In this document: piece after piece, positions 1-13,300 of the stretch | Numbering within the stretch: the stretch's first letter is position 1 | Layout: each line of letters begins with the position of its first letter | Assembly (NCBI RefSeq): GCF_964355755.1 | Contig: NC_092679.1 | Location: forward strand, 4,990,201-5,054,200 | Direction of reading: 5' to 3' | From: Antedon mediterranea | Taxonomy: Eukaryota; Animalia; Echinodermata | Length of the DNA: 64,000 nt | Translations under genes and position numbers: made by a program | Notes under the pieces: generated by a model | Database searches by the model: none | Told to the model about the DNA's origin: nothing | The model's input: only the letters and a program-made list of their open reading frames with translations

Positions 1-276
1 GTTGTATTCTGGTGGAATAAATAATGAATAACATTACCTCTCTAATTTTTCAGATGTGGTAAACAGTTTTTAGTTTAACAATTAAACAATATTTCAAATA
101 GTGCCGTGAATAGTGAATGAAATATATATTTTTCATTCGATAAATCTTCCTTTACATAAACTTATTTAAATTATTATTATTATTTTAATTTATTCTTATT
201 GATAAGCCGTGGATAATGGTATCTAGGCCTACATATTGGAAAAGCATAATAATGGATCTGTAGGTATTCAAATTAC

Positions 277-2273
277 CTGTTGGCTGTATAGGAACTGTGG
301 TAGCTGAAATAAAACAACACATGTGATTAAGACGTTAAATAATATATCATGTTAAAACTCAGACGTTCTGGTAATTTTATTTTTTTTAGACTTCTTAGGA
401 TTAACAAATTCGTTATCTTATTGTTTTCTATTTGATTAAAACAATGTAAAGGATTCAGCGGAATTGAGGTTTCATCTTTTTTTCTTTATCTTTTTGTTTT
501 GTTTATTATTAGCCAGTTTATTTATTTATTTGTTGACCATACACCTTTGAATCGGTGGCACTCACAATATTTGGTGCGGTCCAATAAACAAAACAGAACA
601 AAACATATTGAAAATAAAAAAAACATGAACAACTAAATGTCGATTTAAAATTTAGTTTTTTTGCATAGTTTATTATTTCTGTCGAATTTAAATAACAGAA
701 AGTTTCCGTTATAATTTAAATTACAGAAAAATGGATCACTGGATGCGTGATGCATGGTTTGTGGTCATGCAGATGATGAACATTTGTGGCCATATGGTGA
801 AGATAATCGCGATGCTACTGATAACAAAGTGTAGGCCGTACTTACATTCAGGACACTTCCCTTCACTTATCACTATATTGTCAACAGCAATATCTCCTTT
901 GTTATCATACCCTGCCACTCCTTCAAAAAACACATAATTCTTTGGATCGTAAAAATAGTAGTTGAGGTTGACAAAATCGCTGGAACCATAGTGCCATCCG
1001 GGACCTTGATTCCCATTCATGGTCCAATAGGATAACGCGTTTGTAGAGCTCACTTGATACCAAAGTCGTAATTGGTTGACGCCACTTCCATCCATGTTGT
1101 AGTAAAACTCTACACAAAAGTCGTACCATTCACCGGGCAGGATGGGGCTTTTTATCCGTGCGTTATCGGTATTCGAGGTTGAAGAAGTGTTTATGTATAT
1201 ATAGAAATCATCTACAAAATAAAATAGAGCAACATTTGTTTGAAACCTGATTGGTAACATAATATATTTAAAACTTAAAAATACATTTTTATATTTTTGT
1301 TGTTGAATATGCTATTATAATGTCACATAATAGTTATTCACTTTGACCAAAAAAATTTGATTGAAAAAGGGAATTATTTAGGCCTACACAAAAAAATAAA
1401 CCAATTGAAAGCAAAAAAATATTCGTTTTTTTTTCCATTAAATTTAACCGTTTATTTTGTATTTTTATAAGTGAAAATCACTCTTTTTGTTCGTTTTTAG
1501 TCGCGTGGACGCGACTCTATAGTTCACTATGTCGGTCGGTCGGTCTGTCAATCTGTCGGTCTGTCGGTCTGTCTGTCGGTCCGGTATCACTATGCGTTTT
1601 AGCATGCGACTTATGGCTGTTGGTCTCTTGTTTCTACTGAAGTAAATAAATTAAATCTGCAAAATGGCCATTCAAAGTCTGATATTAATTAATCTTCATT
1701 CTCAATGTAGTTTTTGGAGGAAATACATTTTAAAGAGAAAAAATGTAATACGACATGTAATTACTTGCATTTCCCGATTGGCCATTGGTTGAAACTGCAT
1801 TACCATTCAGCGTAGCTCCAGAAGAACGTGACCAATCGAAATTGTCCATCCAAGTTTCTTGGACCCATCCGTCAAAGCCTGTTTCAAAGTCCGAGGTGAT
1901 GACAGTGCTGTACTGCGAAGATACTGTGTAGAAAATAATTGATATTTAAAAGAGAAAACTCACCGCACTACAACAACTGACAAAACATGCGTAGCCGGCC
2001 AGGATTTTCTCCGAAAAAAGGCGTAAGTGGTTGCGTCCAGTGGGAACTAAGTTTAATGGCCTAAATTCGGATGAATACAAGAACAAGATTGTTTGCGGCA
2101 ATCTTCAGATTGGACTGACTACGACAGACATAGATATGCTATCTAGTTTGTAATTTTTTTCGTGAATTCGGCAAAATATTTGAACGAAAACACATTATTA
2201 CAAGACAATGTTTACCCAAATTGTTAAAAATCTGCAGAAACAGCAACAACACGATTACTCCTGTAGAATTCAT
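277..2273 (-). CDS. Secreted or surface MAM-domain protein, 5' part; the gene continues past the window start
   Basis: Exons 2273-2216 (signal peptide MNSTGVIVLLLFLQIFNNL), 1923-1765 (SDFETGFDGWVQ..DNFDWSR), 1211-846 (FCVEFYYNMDGSG..GNQGPGW..FEGV..GDIAVDNIVISEGKC) and a 27-nt exon 303-277 (STTVPIQPT). All introns are GT-AG and phase 1. The motifs match the MAM domain consensus. Confidence 0.85.
1280..1731. mobile_element. Degenerate MITE family A copy interrupted by a HINE-like element
   Basis: The internal sequence (gttgaatatgc..aatgtcacataatagttattcactttgac..aatcttcatt..ggaaatacatttt) matches the copy at 6179-6521. Confidence 0.7.
1494..1633 (+). mobile_element. DINE-1/HINE-like (Helentron-associated) non-autonomous element
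   Basis: Begins tttttagtcgcgtggacgcgact (subterminal inverted repeat), has a (GTCG/GTCT)n microsatellite and ends gcgactta..cttgtt. It sits in a T-rich site. Confidence 0.55.
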
Positions 2274-3725
2274 GTAGGCGTATGGTTTGACGATTAAACT
2301 TTGAGTAATGTAGCTGAGTTACTGTTATACTTGAACGTGATAGCAAGAACGTCAAATGTCCTGCTTGCTGCCTTAATATTATTAAATATATGCATTTATC
2401 TCGACTAGCAATCTTAACATATGGCGGAATTCTGAAATTTCTTTATCTAAATTAAATATATTAATTAGCCTACGCTATCGATATATAAAAACATATGATT
2501 GTTTTCATGTTTGCCAATTTGTCTATCTTTTATTTAATTCAGCTGTTCGTCCGATACGTCACACGCAAATTAACTGAAAAAAGGTATTGACAGTATTAAA
2601 AGAATATGGAAGACTCATTCAAATTCATTTATTTGGTCATTTTGTAATAATTATTGTAAAATATATAGAAAAAGTCTCCAATCATGAATTAAAAAATACA
2701 GAAAATGTATTATTTTTTTCGTAAACACACAAAAGGCAACATATGCAAGTTCAGTATAGTATTTTGTCATTAAAAAGTACGGATGGAAAAAGAAGGACGA
2801 ACAAAATGTACATGGCGTTAGGCCTAGTTCTCTGAAGTTTGCAAATAACGAAACAAAGTGGCATGACGAATGTGGTGGCTATTAATAAATGCATATGTAG
2901 GCCTGCTGTACGATACATTTCGCAAAAAGTTGAAAAAGTACATTTTTGTTTTGTTTTAATAAGATCAGTGAATATTTCCTAAACATAAGAATCTTCCACA
3001 GACAAATTTCTTTAGAAAGTGGATTTTCATAATGAGTCTCTGAATCCACCAATGACCGGTGAATTATCAATTGTAATGGACATGTCGACTTCATTACTTG
3101 AAAGTACATAGCCATGATTATTGCGTGATGAAAAACTCGTTTATATCAATGGTCTATCATATGGTTTTTGTCCCATCTGTTTTTCCACCAGAATGTAAGA
3201 TAAGATAAGACATATTGGATTGAGGTGTCGTGTCGTTGAACTGGTGCTGCCGACGACACGTAGACAAAAGTCTAATCGTAATGCCTGATTTCAAATGTCA
3301 TTTTTCAAATTGTATATCTACAATTACGGTTTTATCATTAAATAAACGAACGTCCACGGTCCCTTTGGCTGATTAAAACATTTAGGCGCGCCTAATAATA
3401 ATATTTATTTGGATCGACAATTTTTAACAGTGACACACTGGCGTCCATATTACACAATTTGAACAAAAAAAAAAAGAAAAAGAAAGTTTAACAGATGAGA
3501 GAAAATCCCGGAAGAAAATTCAGTCAAGAAAACAAATGTGGTCAATTGCACAAATGTATCACATGCATAAGGCTACGTAAAGAAGAGGGAGGAACATAAC
3601 AAATAGACAATTATGTTTTCACAAAGTACTTTTTAACAAGCTTCCAAATCGCATGTTTAATTACAGTATGGGATGAAAAATGACAGGTGAATGATAATGA
3701 GACTTTATAATTACAAGGATGATTA

Positions 3726-3811
3726 TGACGTCATGCATCTCATTAATTGCCGGGCTGACGCATGACGTCATTTAGCAACAGTTCGTGACGTTTTGGGGGA
3801 AAACCGGAAGT
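3726..3811 (+). promoter_or_regulatory. Promoter of the BTB gene: two CRE sites and an ETS site
   Basis: TGACGTCA at 3726 and 3763, CCGGAAGT at 3804, about 0.5 kb upstream of the ATG at 4294. Confidence 0.5.
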
Positions 3812-4293
3812 AAGAAAAACATTAATAAACAACAAAGAAGAAGCTCGCGGTGGTTGAGAGAAAAGGAAGAAAAGAAAAGTGGTAGTGGCTCGAATGATGA
3901 AGCTGATGAAAGAAGTTACAATATGTTGTATGTTTAATGAATATAATAATTGATTCGTAGTAGCGGACGTTTTTTTACTAAAGCTAGGCTAGATACCATC
4001 ATCATCAGGGTGTTCGTTAGGCCTCAAGTTACAAGCAGCTTCTGTTTCCTGTATTCACTACTACAACCCAGCCTGCTGCGATTCAGTCGAGCACTGTCTG
4101 GGCCTAGGCTAGGCCTAGACCAAAGTTGTAGGCCTATACATAGAATGATTGCCTCAAAGTTAACTAGATTGTAGTAGGCCTAGTATCAGCAGAAGAGGTA
4201 TTTTCACGACAAATGATGTGCAATTAATATAAAATTTATTATTTAAATACAGTACCTGTAAATAAATGCAACATTGAATCAAATTAAACAAAA

Positions 4294-6069
4294 ATGGCAG
4301 CAGATACTGACAGAAACAGAGGCAAATGTTTAGAAATGGATTTAACATCAACATACAGTAAGCATTTAGTGGCTGGTTTACATGCAGCTCAAGTAGAGGG
4401 ACTGCTCACTGACGTCACTATCAAGACGTCAGATCAATCATTCTCATGTCATAAGCTTGTACTCATTGCAAATAGTGACTATTTCAAAGTGATGTTTACA
4501 TCAAATTTTCAGGAGAAAGAGGCGTCTGAGATTTCACTTCCTAGCATTAACGGAACAACATTTGGACTGTTACACAATTTTTTATACACCGGTAAATTAT
4601 CTATCATGTTTAAAGATCTCCAGCCGTTTCTATTGGCGGCCGATTTCCTGCAAATGTCAAAGTTAACGGAGTATTTATCGAAAGCGATTGTTGAGTGTGC
4701 AAAAGATGAAGATTGTATCACCCTGTATACAACTTTAAAAGCGTTAGAAACATACCAATCCTTAGTTGACAATTTAAAATTCAAAATTTGTAGAGATTTT
4801 GATGGTTTATGCAAAACTCAAGCATTCCTGAATCTTTCTAAAGATGATGTTGTCGGTATTATAACAGATGAACGATTAGTAATTTCTTGTGAAAGGATTT
4901 TATTTGATGCAGTTATGTTGTGGTATAATCAGAATATGTCAGCAAGAACACATTCTCTAGTTGACCTGCTAGAACATGTCAGACTACCGTTAATTAGCGT
5001 AGAACATTTATCTGATGTGGTTGAGCCTGCATTACGCAATGTTGAAATACCTTCAATAAAACAACGGATCAAAAAAGTAAAATCTTACCACGCAGCAAAG
5101 GGTATCATGAAATATCAGATACCCTTACCAGAGATACAGATAACTCCTCGTAAATTAAACACAAAAATTATGTTGGCTATTTCTGTATCTTCAGAATCCG
5201 ACACAAGGTGCACAATCTTTCAATTGTCGATATTACCAAGTTCTTTTAAAGACAAACTGAAGCTGACCAAAATACGCACATTGGATTGTCGCAGAATAGA
5301 CGCAATGTCATTCACAAGTACAAGCATCTTTTACCTGTCTTCAACTGAATTGTGGCAGTTGAATTTGACCAGTAGATCTATCAGCCACTTCCCTTTGGAG
5401 AACTTCTTTCTTCTATCTCGTGCCCGCCCTGTAAGTTCAAAGCTGACGAGCCATCATAACTTAGTGTACGCTTTTATCAAAAGTGCGGATCTTCAAAAAA
5501 ATGTGCTCGTGTTCGATCCTTCTCACGAACATTTTGAAGTATGCAAGCCGCTACCGGGATTTGATTTTACATGGGAAAACTTAATATCCTGTTCTTGTGG
5601 TGTGTTTATATTCGTCAAAATGTTTCCTACAAAAGTGATTCATTGTTACCAGTATCACCCTAAAGATGACTCATGGTCAACCCACGACTTGCAAAACACC
5701 GAAGAACTATACATGATAGGATCTTGGGGGCGCCATGTATACTTCTGCGCTCAACAAGAAACACTTTACTCTTACGATATGATGACTAAAAAACTTTCAC
5801 AATTGGCAGCGTTACCTCCCGTTGATTTTATTGGTGATCGGACATTTATCCAAACTGTTGCCGTCGACGGACATATTTACCAGCTTTCGCTTGACAAGAA
5901 TGCGGTAGCGTACACGCTTGTGGTGTGTGAACTAATCATGGAGGGCGTTCCTAAGCCGTATTGGAAGCTGGAACTTAGAGAACCTGTGGTTCCGATCTTG
6001 CAGACAGATCTTTATCCGTTCCAATGTAGTGATAGATTTGGTGTTCAACTTGAGGCTTTTGTAGTATAG
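4294..6069 (+). CDS. BTB/POZ-BACK protein with a divergent kelch-like beta-propeller (KLHL/KBTBD-like Cullin-3 adaptor); single-exon CDS
   Basis: 591-aa ORF with BTB motifs (LTDVTI..FSCHKLVLIANSDYFKVMFTSNFQE; FLYTG; LLAADFLQM) and BACK motifs (FLNLS..ERILFDAVMLW..LLEHVRLPLIS). The C-terminus is beta-rich with YHPKDDSW-type kelch remnants. Confidence 0.9.
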   Translation: MAADTDRNRGKCLEMDLTSTYSKHLVAGLHAAQVEGLLTDVTIKTSDQSFSCHKLVLIANSDYFKVMFTSNFQEKEASEISLPSINGTTFGLLHNFLYTGKLSIMFKDLQPFLLAADFLQMSKLTEYLSKAIVECAKDEDCITLYTTLKALETYQSLVDNLKFKICRDFDGLCKTQAFLNLSKDDVVGIITDERLVISCERILFDAVMLWYNQNMSARTHSLVDLLEHVRLPLISVEHLSDVVEPALRNVEIPSIKQRIKKVKSYHAAKGIMKYQIPLPEIQITPRKLNTKIMLAISVSSESDTRCTIFQLSILPSSFKDKLKLTKIRTLDCRRIDAMSFTSTSIFYLSSTELWQLNLTSRSISHFPLENFFLLSRARPVSSKLTSHHNLVYAFIKSADLQKNVLVFDPSHEHFEVCKPLPGFDFTWENLISCSCGVFIFVKMFPTKVIHCYQYHPKDDSWSTHDLQNTEELYMIGSWGRHVYFCAQQETLYSYDMMTKKLSQLAALPPVDFIGDRTFIQTVAVDGHIYQLSLDKNAVAYTLVVCELIMEGVPKPYWKLELREPVVPILQTDLYPFQCSDRFGVQLEAFVV

Positions 6070-6178
6070 GAAAGGAACGAAAGTGCAAATAAGTTGTGGT
6101 TGGGACGGGTTTTATCGGGATTAAACAAGAAAAGAAATTGTAAAATTTTAACCTTGATTTTCAAATGTTCACATACTT

Positions 6179-6521
6179 GATGTATTGTCCCCCTGAAAAA
6201 AGTTTTTTTTGTTGAATATGCCATTTTTAAAATGTCACATAATAGTTATTCACTTTGACTAAAAATTGGATTAAAAAAAATGTATTTACTGTACCTGAAA
6301 AAATGGAATTTAAAGCAAAAAATGGTCAAATTGGGTGCCAGCCAATGGATTTTTGGTTGAATTTACCATTTATCATGTTATTTTATAATAAGTGAAAACA
6401 TTATTTTTTCCCTTTTTTTTCTACAGAAGTGATTTACTTTATTAAAACTACAAAATAACCTATTCAAAGTCTGCTTTAATTAATTTACATTTTTCATGTT
6501 TTTGGGGGACAATACATCTTT
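6179..6521. mobile_element. MITE family A (TIR AGATGTATTGTCCCC; TTAA-flanked, Kolobok-like)
   Basis: Termini gatgtattgtcccc and ggggacaatacatct are inverted repeats. At least six related copies occur in the window. Confidence 0.85.
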
Positions 6522-6689
6522 ATATTTACTTTATCATATTAATATAATTTTATTAAAATTATATACTGGTACTATTTTTTAAATTGAGAATTAAAATATA
6601 TTAAATATATTATTTTAATTGAGTATAATAATATTAATTATAAATTTATTTATTTATTATCAAAGACTGTTTTAATTGTAAATCTCTAA

Positions 6690-6782
6690 AGCTCTGTCTA
6701 AAAAGTGTGATGTGCCCAAAATATGGTAGTGATACTTCACTTGTTTTGTCACAGGAAGTGTGTGATAGGTGTAGACAGAGCT
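6690..6782. mobile_element. MITE family B (TIR AGCTCTGTCTACAC; PIF/Harbinger-like)
   Basis: taaagctctgtcta ... tagacagagcttta, with internal aaaagtgtgatgtgcccaaatatggtagtgat shared by other copies. Confidence 0.75.
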
Positions 6783-6954
6783 TTAAGCGTTCCAGTAAAT
6801 TTCAGCCTGTTGTGTAGGGGTATTTTTTACAACTTATTTTGTGGTATAAAGTGTCTGTGCATATTGGTGGTGTACTAAAGTAAAATAAAGTTATTATTTT
6901 AAGAGTTGTGACTGTATTCTATTTTTAGAAAAAACAATAAAACGTATTTATTAT

Positions 6955-7080
6955 GAGAAGGTTCTGGGTTTGAATCTCAGTTGGGGGTGACTTTTTCTCA
7001 TTTAATCTCACAGATTTCCACTACTTTATCTTTTCAAATTTTATGGATAAATTTTCAGTATATTATCACCGGGTGGTTTA
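6955..7080 (+). mobile_element. Fragment of tRNA-derived SINE family 2
   Basis: A B-box-like ggtttgaatctc followed by gggggtgactttttc..ttcagtatattatcacc. Related sequence lies at 48010-48110 (minus strand) and 48678-49590. Confidence 0.5.
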
Positions 7081-7222
7081 TTTTTTTTTCTGTGCCTATC
7101 GTGTGTATATATATTTTTGTTGCACTGAAAAAAAATTAAGAAAAAATCAAATAAACAAAGAAAAGTGCTCGGGAACCATTACAGATACCCCCTCTATTAC
7201 GTCAATTTTGGCCTTAGATTTG

Positions 7223-7284
7223 TGACGTCACGTCCGTCGTGTGTGTGTTTTTTGAGTTCAAAGTTTACACAAATTTGCGCGAAA
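7223..7284 (+). promoter_or_regulatory. POLA2 proximal promoter: CRE and E2F site
   Basis: TGACGTCA at 7223 and TTTGCGCGAAA at 7274-7284, which contains TTTCGCGC on the minus strand, about 50 nt before the ATG. Confidence 0.6.
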
Positions 7285-7331
7285 CTTGATTTCACTGCTG
7301 TTAATAATCGCCGTGTAATTTATTATTTAAA

Positions 7332-10300
7332 ATGGCTTATAATGTTGCAAAAGAGGACCTAATTGAAGAATTCGATATCTTTGACGTGTCGGTAGATAAT
7401 GAAGACATTATAGATAAACGTAAGTAAAGGTTTAGCTAAGAAATATGAAACTAACTAGGCCTAGGCCAGGGCCTAGCTAAAAAGAAATAATATTATTATT
7501 TGGATTTATAGTTAGGACATCATCATGCAGGCGCGGCTACTCGGTCATAGGCTAATGATAGCAGGCCTAGAGAGAAGAGGCATGGGCTCTAGTACTTTGT
7601 ATAGTTAGTAGGCCTAGTAGTAGTACACTGTATTTATTTATGCGTCTACCTGTAACCTAGTAGTAGTAAAGTAGTAGGAGCTAGGCTAGGCCTAGTTATA
7701 TAAATAATATTAATAACATATTAATATTAATAAATGTTAATACTAATAGGCCTATAATATATATTCTTAATTGTATTATAATGGACAAATAAAATAATAT
7801 TAAAAATAAAGTAATTATTGCTTTTTTGTCCAGTTCAATATATCTGCCTGCTGTACAGACGCAAGGCAGAGCAGATTGTAGAAGAATGGATTGCGTATTC
7901 ATCCACATCATCACTGACAATGTCCCTTGAAGCCCTTGATCAACTTGAAGAACAGGTAAGATAAGATAATAATAAGATTTATAAAGCGCACATATCCACA
8001 AAGTGCTCAAAGTGTTGTGAAAACCATGAAAAATACTAACCTTGAAACTAAAAACAACAACAAATTTTGCACAAAAAAAAACAAACCGGAGGTAACAGTC
8101 AATGTTTATGAAAGTTTAATACCTGAAGCAAACTTAGAAAAAAAAACCTGTAGATTGGTCTATAAACTGGTATAGAAAAATTCTATTCTTTACATGCAAA
8201 ATTATTGTTGTCATATAATTTGGTATTATTGTTATTGCCAAAATAAAAATTTAATTATCAATCCAATTCCTCCCACGATCTTCCCATAATTGGGAGAAAA
8301 TCTATTTAAAAAATAATATGCCTACTGTAGGCCTAATTAGGGGCCTATAGTGCATTAATCACATACAGTATCTAAATTCATAAATAAATTCTAAACTTAT
8401 AGATTCTATAGAAAAGAAGAAACATTTAATAGACACTTTAAATAACTTCTATTGAAATTTAAATAAGTTTCTATAGAAATTATGTACTTCTATAGTATAC
8501 CATAGAGCTCTATAAAATGTTCTATAGAACCCTTTAGAAAAGGGAGGACCAAAATCAACAGTACAATTTGTGAATACTTACAACATTTAAAGATGTACTG
8601 TATTGTCCCCCAAGAACATGAAACAATAAAGATTAATAAAATCAGATTTTGAATAGGCAATTTCACAGTTTTAATAAAGTTATGCACTTCTGTAGAAAAA
8701 AAATCATAACAAAATTATTATTTCACTTATAAAAAGACAAAAGAAATGGTTAATTTCAACCAAAAACCATTGTCTTACAGACAATTTAGGTATATTTTGC
8801 TTTAAATTACATTTTTTTGGTGGAAAATGTTTTTTTGGGATCAAGTTTTTGGTCAAAGTGAATAACTATTATGCGATGTTAAAATGGCATATTCAACAAA
8901 AAAAATTTAAAAAATTATTTTTTTAAGGGGACAATATATCTTTAATTTTAAATTACACTATAGTTATGGTTAAAAGGAAAATAACAATGTTTAATGAAAA
9001 AAAAATTAGTATTATACTGTATACTACAGTGGTAAAAAAAAATGTAAGGTACACATTTAACAACAAGCAACTCACCAATTACAGAATTGATAAATCTATC
9101 ATGCTTAATAAATAAGTCTCATTAGGCACCAAGCTACACCTCCAATATGGCTACTGTATATTGAATTACTCAATTGGTTTACATTTCAGCTCGCAAGCAA
9201 GATGAGAACTTCTAAAGGAGAAATGAACGATGTGAAGCCTATAATTTATAATGCAGATACAATTCAAGAAATGTATCCTTTTTTGTAACATTATTATGTA
9301 GATAAAAAAACCAAGGTAAAACCTCCATTAAAGGCAATAAAGTGTCCCCTTAATAGTCCTCTGAATATGTATTGCCTCGGTTTCATAAAAAAGTGTCTTC
9401 CTTGAATAGAGGTGTCCAAAGTATTGTGCTTATACGGTAACAGCTGAATTTGTCTTTAACATTGTTGAAACTTAGCATGGACACTGATGTTGGGGATGAT
9501 CTTTTCACAGCTTATGCAACACCTAAGGTTAGTTATATTAATTTGAATATATTTTTATATTAATTTGGTTGAATGAAATTCATTGCTTATTCTTAATTTT
9601 GTGAACATTTAATTCATAATCATTCATTTATTTATTTATTTATTCATCACCTTCAATTAAAAATGTGACAAAACATGTAATCAAACATGTGACCAATAAT
9701 GTGATCAAACATGTGATCAAACATGTGATCAAACATGTGACCAAACATCAATTAACAAGTGATCTATTAACAAGTGACCATGATCTCTATACAGGATTCT
9801 AAGAAGCGCTTACAGCGAACACCAGATCCAGTAGTGAACAAACGATTCTCATCTGTTAACAGAACACCTGTCATCATGTCTCCTTCAATAATGTCACCTG
9901 GCAGGTAAATTATGCAAATTTATAATAAATGAATACTATATTTTATAAGGTAACTTGTGAACGACATGATGATAGGCTAGTAATTTAATTAACTAGAGAA
10001 TACCATTTTAATTGATTAGGAAGAAAAATTTTAATTCATTTATTAAAAACACAAAATTAGTTTTAATTTTAATCAAACAAATTTTTTTGCAGCTCGACAC
10101 CATCTCAGAAGTATAGTGCTCGTCAGAATAACGGCCAAGTGTTGCTCTGGCATGGAAGTGTTCGTAACTGGAAAGGTTCAGATCCAACGACAGTTTTAGT
10201 GAAGCATTACGGAGAAACGTACAACCATTTAATCACCAATTATAAATATATGTATCAGAAATTTACAGACAAAGCACATGGTATGAATGCAGAATATTCA

Positions 10301-13300
10301 GTTTATATCTATAATAGAGATCAGGTGAAACAAACAATTCTCATAATAATAAATCTTTATTTTTGCAACGAAAATAAAAACTCGTTCACCAGAAATGTGT
10401 CCTTCCACGAGGCCGTATAACATTGTAACACAAAGCATTGCAATAAGAATTAAAATTAATGTTAAAATAAAAAAATAAAAAATTTCAAATTTTAAAGTTA
10501 GTAAAGTAGACAAACAACAACACAAGAAGGATACATTTTTAAAAATTTTATGCAAAAGTGATTAACTTCGTTAAATCTACAAAATATCCTATTCAAAATT
10601 CTGATTTTATTAATCTTCATTTTTCATGTTTTTGGCAGACAATACATCTTTAAGGGCCCAGAGCATGAGCATTCCCAATGTAATTGATCATTACATGTTT
10701 TTAAACATGTTAAAATTATGTCTGTAAACATTGTTTTGTTCATTTCTGTTGCAGTCCTTGACAACATAATAGAAGATATTGGTCAATATTTACAAGAATC
10801 TTACAGTATAGAGAGCCTGTCTCATGTTGCCATGCCAATTCAGGTAAATATTTTCCTTTCATTACCGGTATACATTGCACGTTTTACCTTAAAGAAACAA
10901 AAAAAATCTGTTAATGTATAGTAATGATCTAAATACATAAACTATTTCTTGATTTTAATATAGGAGTCCACAACTGTGATTGGTCGAATTTGTTGTGACA
11001 GTAACGGTCGTTTGAATTCATCATCTGTTCTTCTGGAAGGTTCTGTTGATTCTTCATCAGGAAAGCGTGTTCAAGTGAACTTATCTGAGTTAAAGGAATT
11101 CTCCTTATTTCCTGGACAAGTTGTAGCTATGGATGGAACTAACACAACTGGCAATACGTTTGTTGCATCCCAAATATACAAAGTAATTTTATATGTTCAA
11201 TTTCATTCAAATCGTATTCATAAAAATTGTAAAATACTATCAATTACAATTTACAGTTCACCAGTGGATAAGATAAGATATTCATTTTAACAGGGAAAGA
11301 GTTTGGTATTGCCGAGTGACACCGCAAATTCATTACTTGACCACGGACCATTACATGTTGCAATTGCTGCTGGCCCATTCACTACGTCCGACAGTGACCA
11401 GTATGAACCCCTGGATGACCTCATAAAAATGATACACCAGGATACACCAGATGTTTGTATATTAGTAAGTTTAACGAATATAAATAAAGGCTAAAACAAG
11501 TGTATATAGTGCACACCGTCTATGGTGTTGAAGGTATGTACACAGAAAAATTAATAATATTGCACTTTAGCGCGGCAGTAAAGATTTAAATATGTATTGT
11601 CCGCCTGAAAAAATAATCTGTAAATTTTTTGTCGAATATGGGTTTTAATGTCACATACAGTAATAGTTTTACCAAAAATTGGAACGAAAAAAAAAAAATA
11701 TTTTACCTGAAAAATTTAAAGCAAAAAATGAGTTAGCAGCCAATTGGTTTTTGGTTTAATTTAACCGTTTCTTTTGTCATTTTATTCTATGGAAGTGATT
11801 CAATTTGTTAAAACTACAAAATGGCCTATTCGAAGTCTGATTTTATTAAAACTTCATTTTTAATGTTTTTGGGGGACAATACAGTACATCTTTAATATTT
11901 AGTATTTTACTGATGATATTTATTTGTTATTTTTTCAGCTTGGACCTTTTATTGATTCAGACCAAGAATTTATAGTAGTAAGTGAACAATTATACTATTG
12001 TCATATCACTACCATATCTGAGCATATCACTACCATATTTGGGCACCACACTTTTATCTTTTATCAAAATATCGTGTGCACAACAGAGTATTAATAACCA
12101 ACCCTCTTTTTCATTTTTTCGTGTTTTTTTTTATTGGTAGAACATGGAGCAAGAATATGAAACATTTTTCCAGTTTTTAGTTGATAAACTTGTTATGGGC
12201 ACGCAAAAGTAGGTTTATTAAACTATTTGTAGTTTTTTAGACTGTAGTGTTCCTGAAATTCACTGATATTATTTGTATCAGGACTTCTACTTTTCTATGT
12301 TCTATGTTCAAAATCTTTTTTACAGCTCAAAAACACAGTTGGTATTTGTTTCCTCAATCAAAGATGCCTTTCATCAGTTTGTCTTCCCAACACCGCCATA
12401 TTCTACAGACTATTTGAAGAAATATGCCAAAGAACAGCAGCAATATCAGGTAATCTTTCAACTTTTTAACTTTCATGTTTACGATCAAAAGCACATTTTT
12501 TTTTTACCATATTTAATGAGAGTGATCTATCCAGCAATTGCTGATCATTAGGGACCCTAGACAAACATACACAAGATGCTCTACATAAACAAAGTCTTAT
12601 TACAAGTCTGTAGGAGTGGATTTGTAATTTTGTTTATAGAAAAAAACCTGACATGTGACGGACTTGAACCCAGGACCCTTGGAGTGGTAGCCAAGCATCG
12701 TAACCACCAAGCCACAACTCCACCAAGACATTAAGACTTGGGTTTAATGTGTTGTATCAAATGTGACTCATTATTCAACATGGCTAACACAGTTTTGACA
12801 CATTTTTATATATATTTATTTCCTTTAATAATCTACTGTAAATTAATGTGTTTTTTTTTTATAGAGAATACATTTTGTGTCCGATCCGTGCACGCTAGAC
12901 ATCAATGGAATCGTGTTTGGCATTACTTCTACTGATATTCTGTTTCATCTTGGAGCAGAGGAAATTTCTCTCTGGTAAAAATATATTTATGTTCTTTCTA
13001 TTAGAAATTACTTGGCATTTTAAAATTGTATACCAGCAGTAGAGAAGGAACAAGTTTTTCTTGTAAACTTTCTAATAAAACATTCACTTTATCACTAAGG
13101 GTTCATCTTTTGTCTTTGTGATCAAATTAAGAGTATTATGCAAATTGTGCTTTAATTTTCAGCCCACCAGGTACCTCTGACAGGCTAGGCCGGCTTGTAA
13201 AGCACCTGTTGATGCAGCAAACCTACTACCCACTCTATCCACCTCCGTGTGGTATGCCGGTGGATTTTGAACAGTTTGAACGCTACGCAAAGATGTCAGT

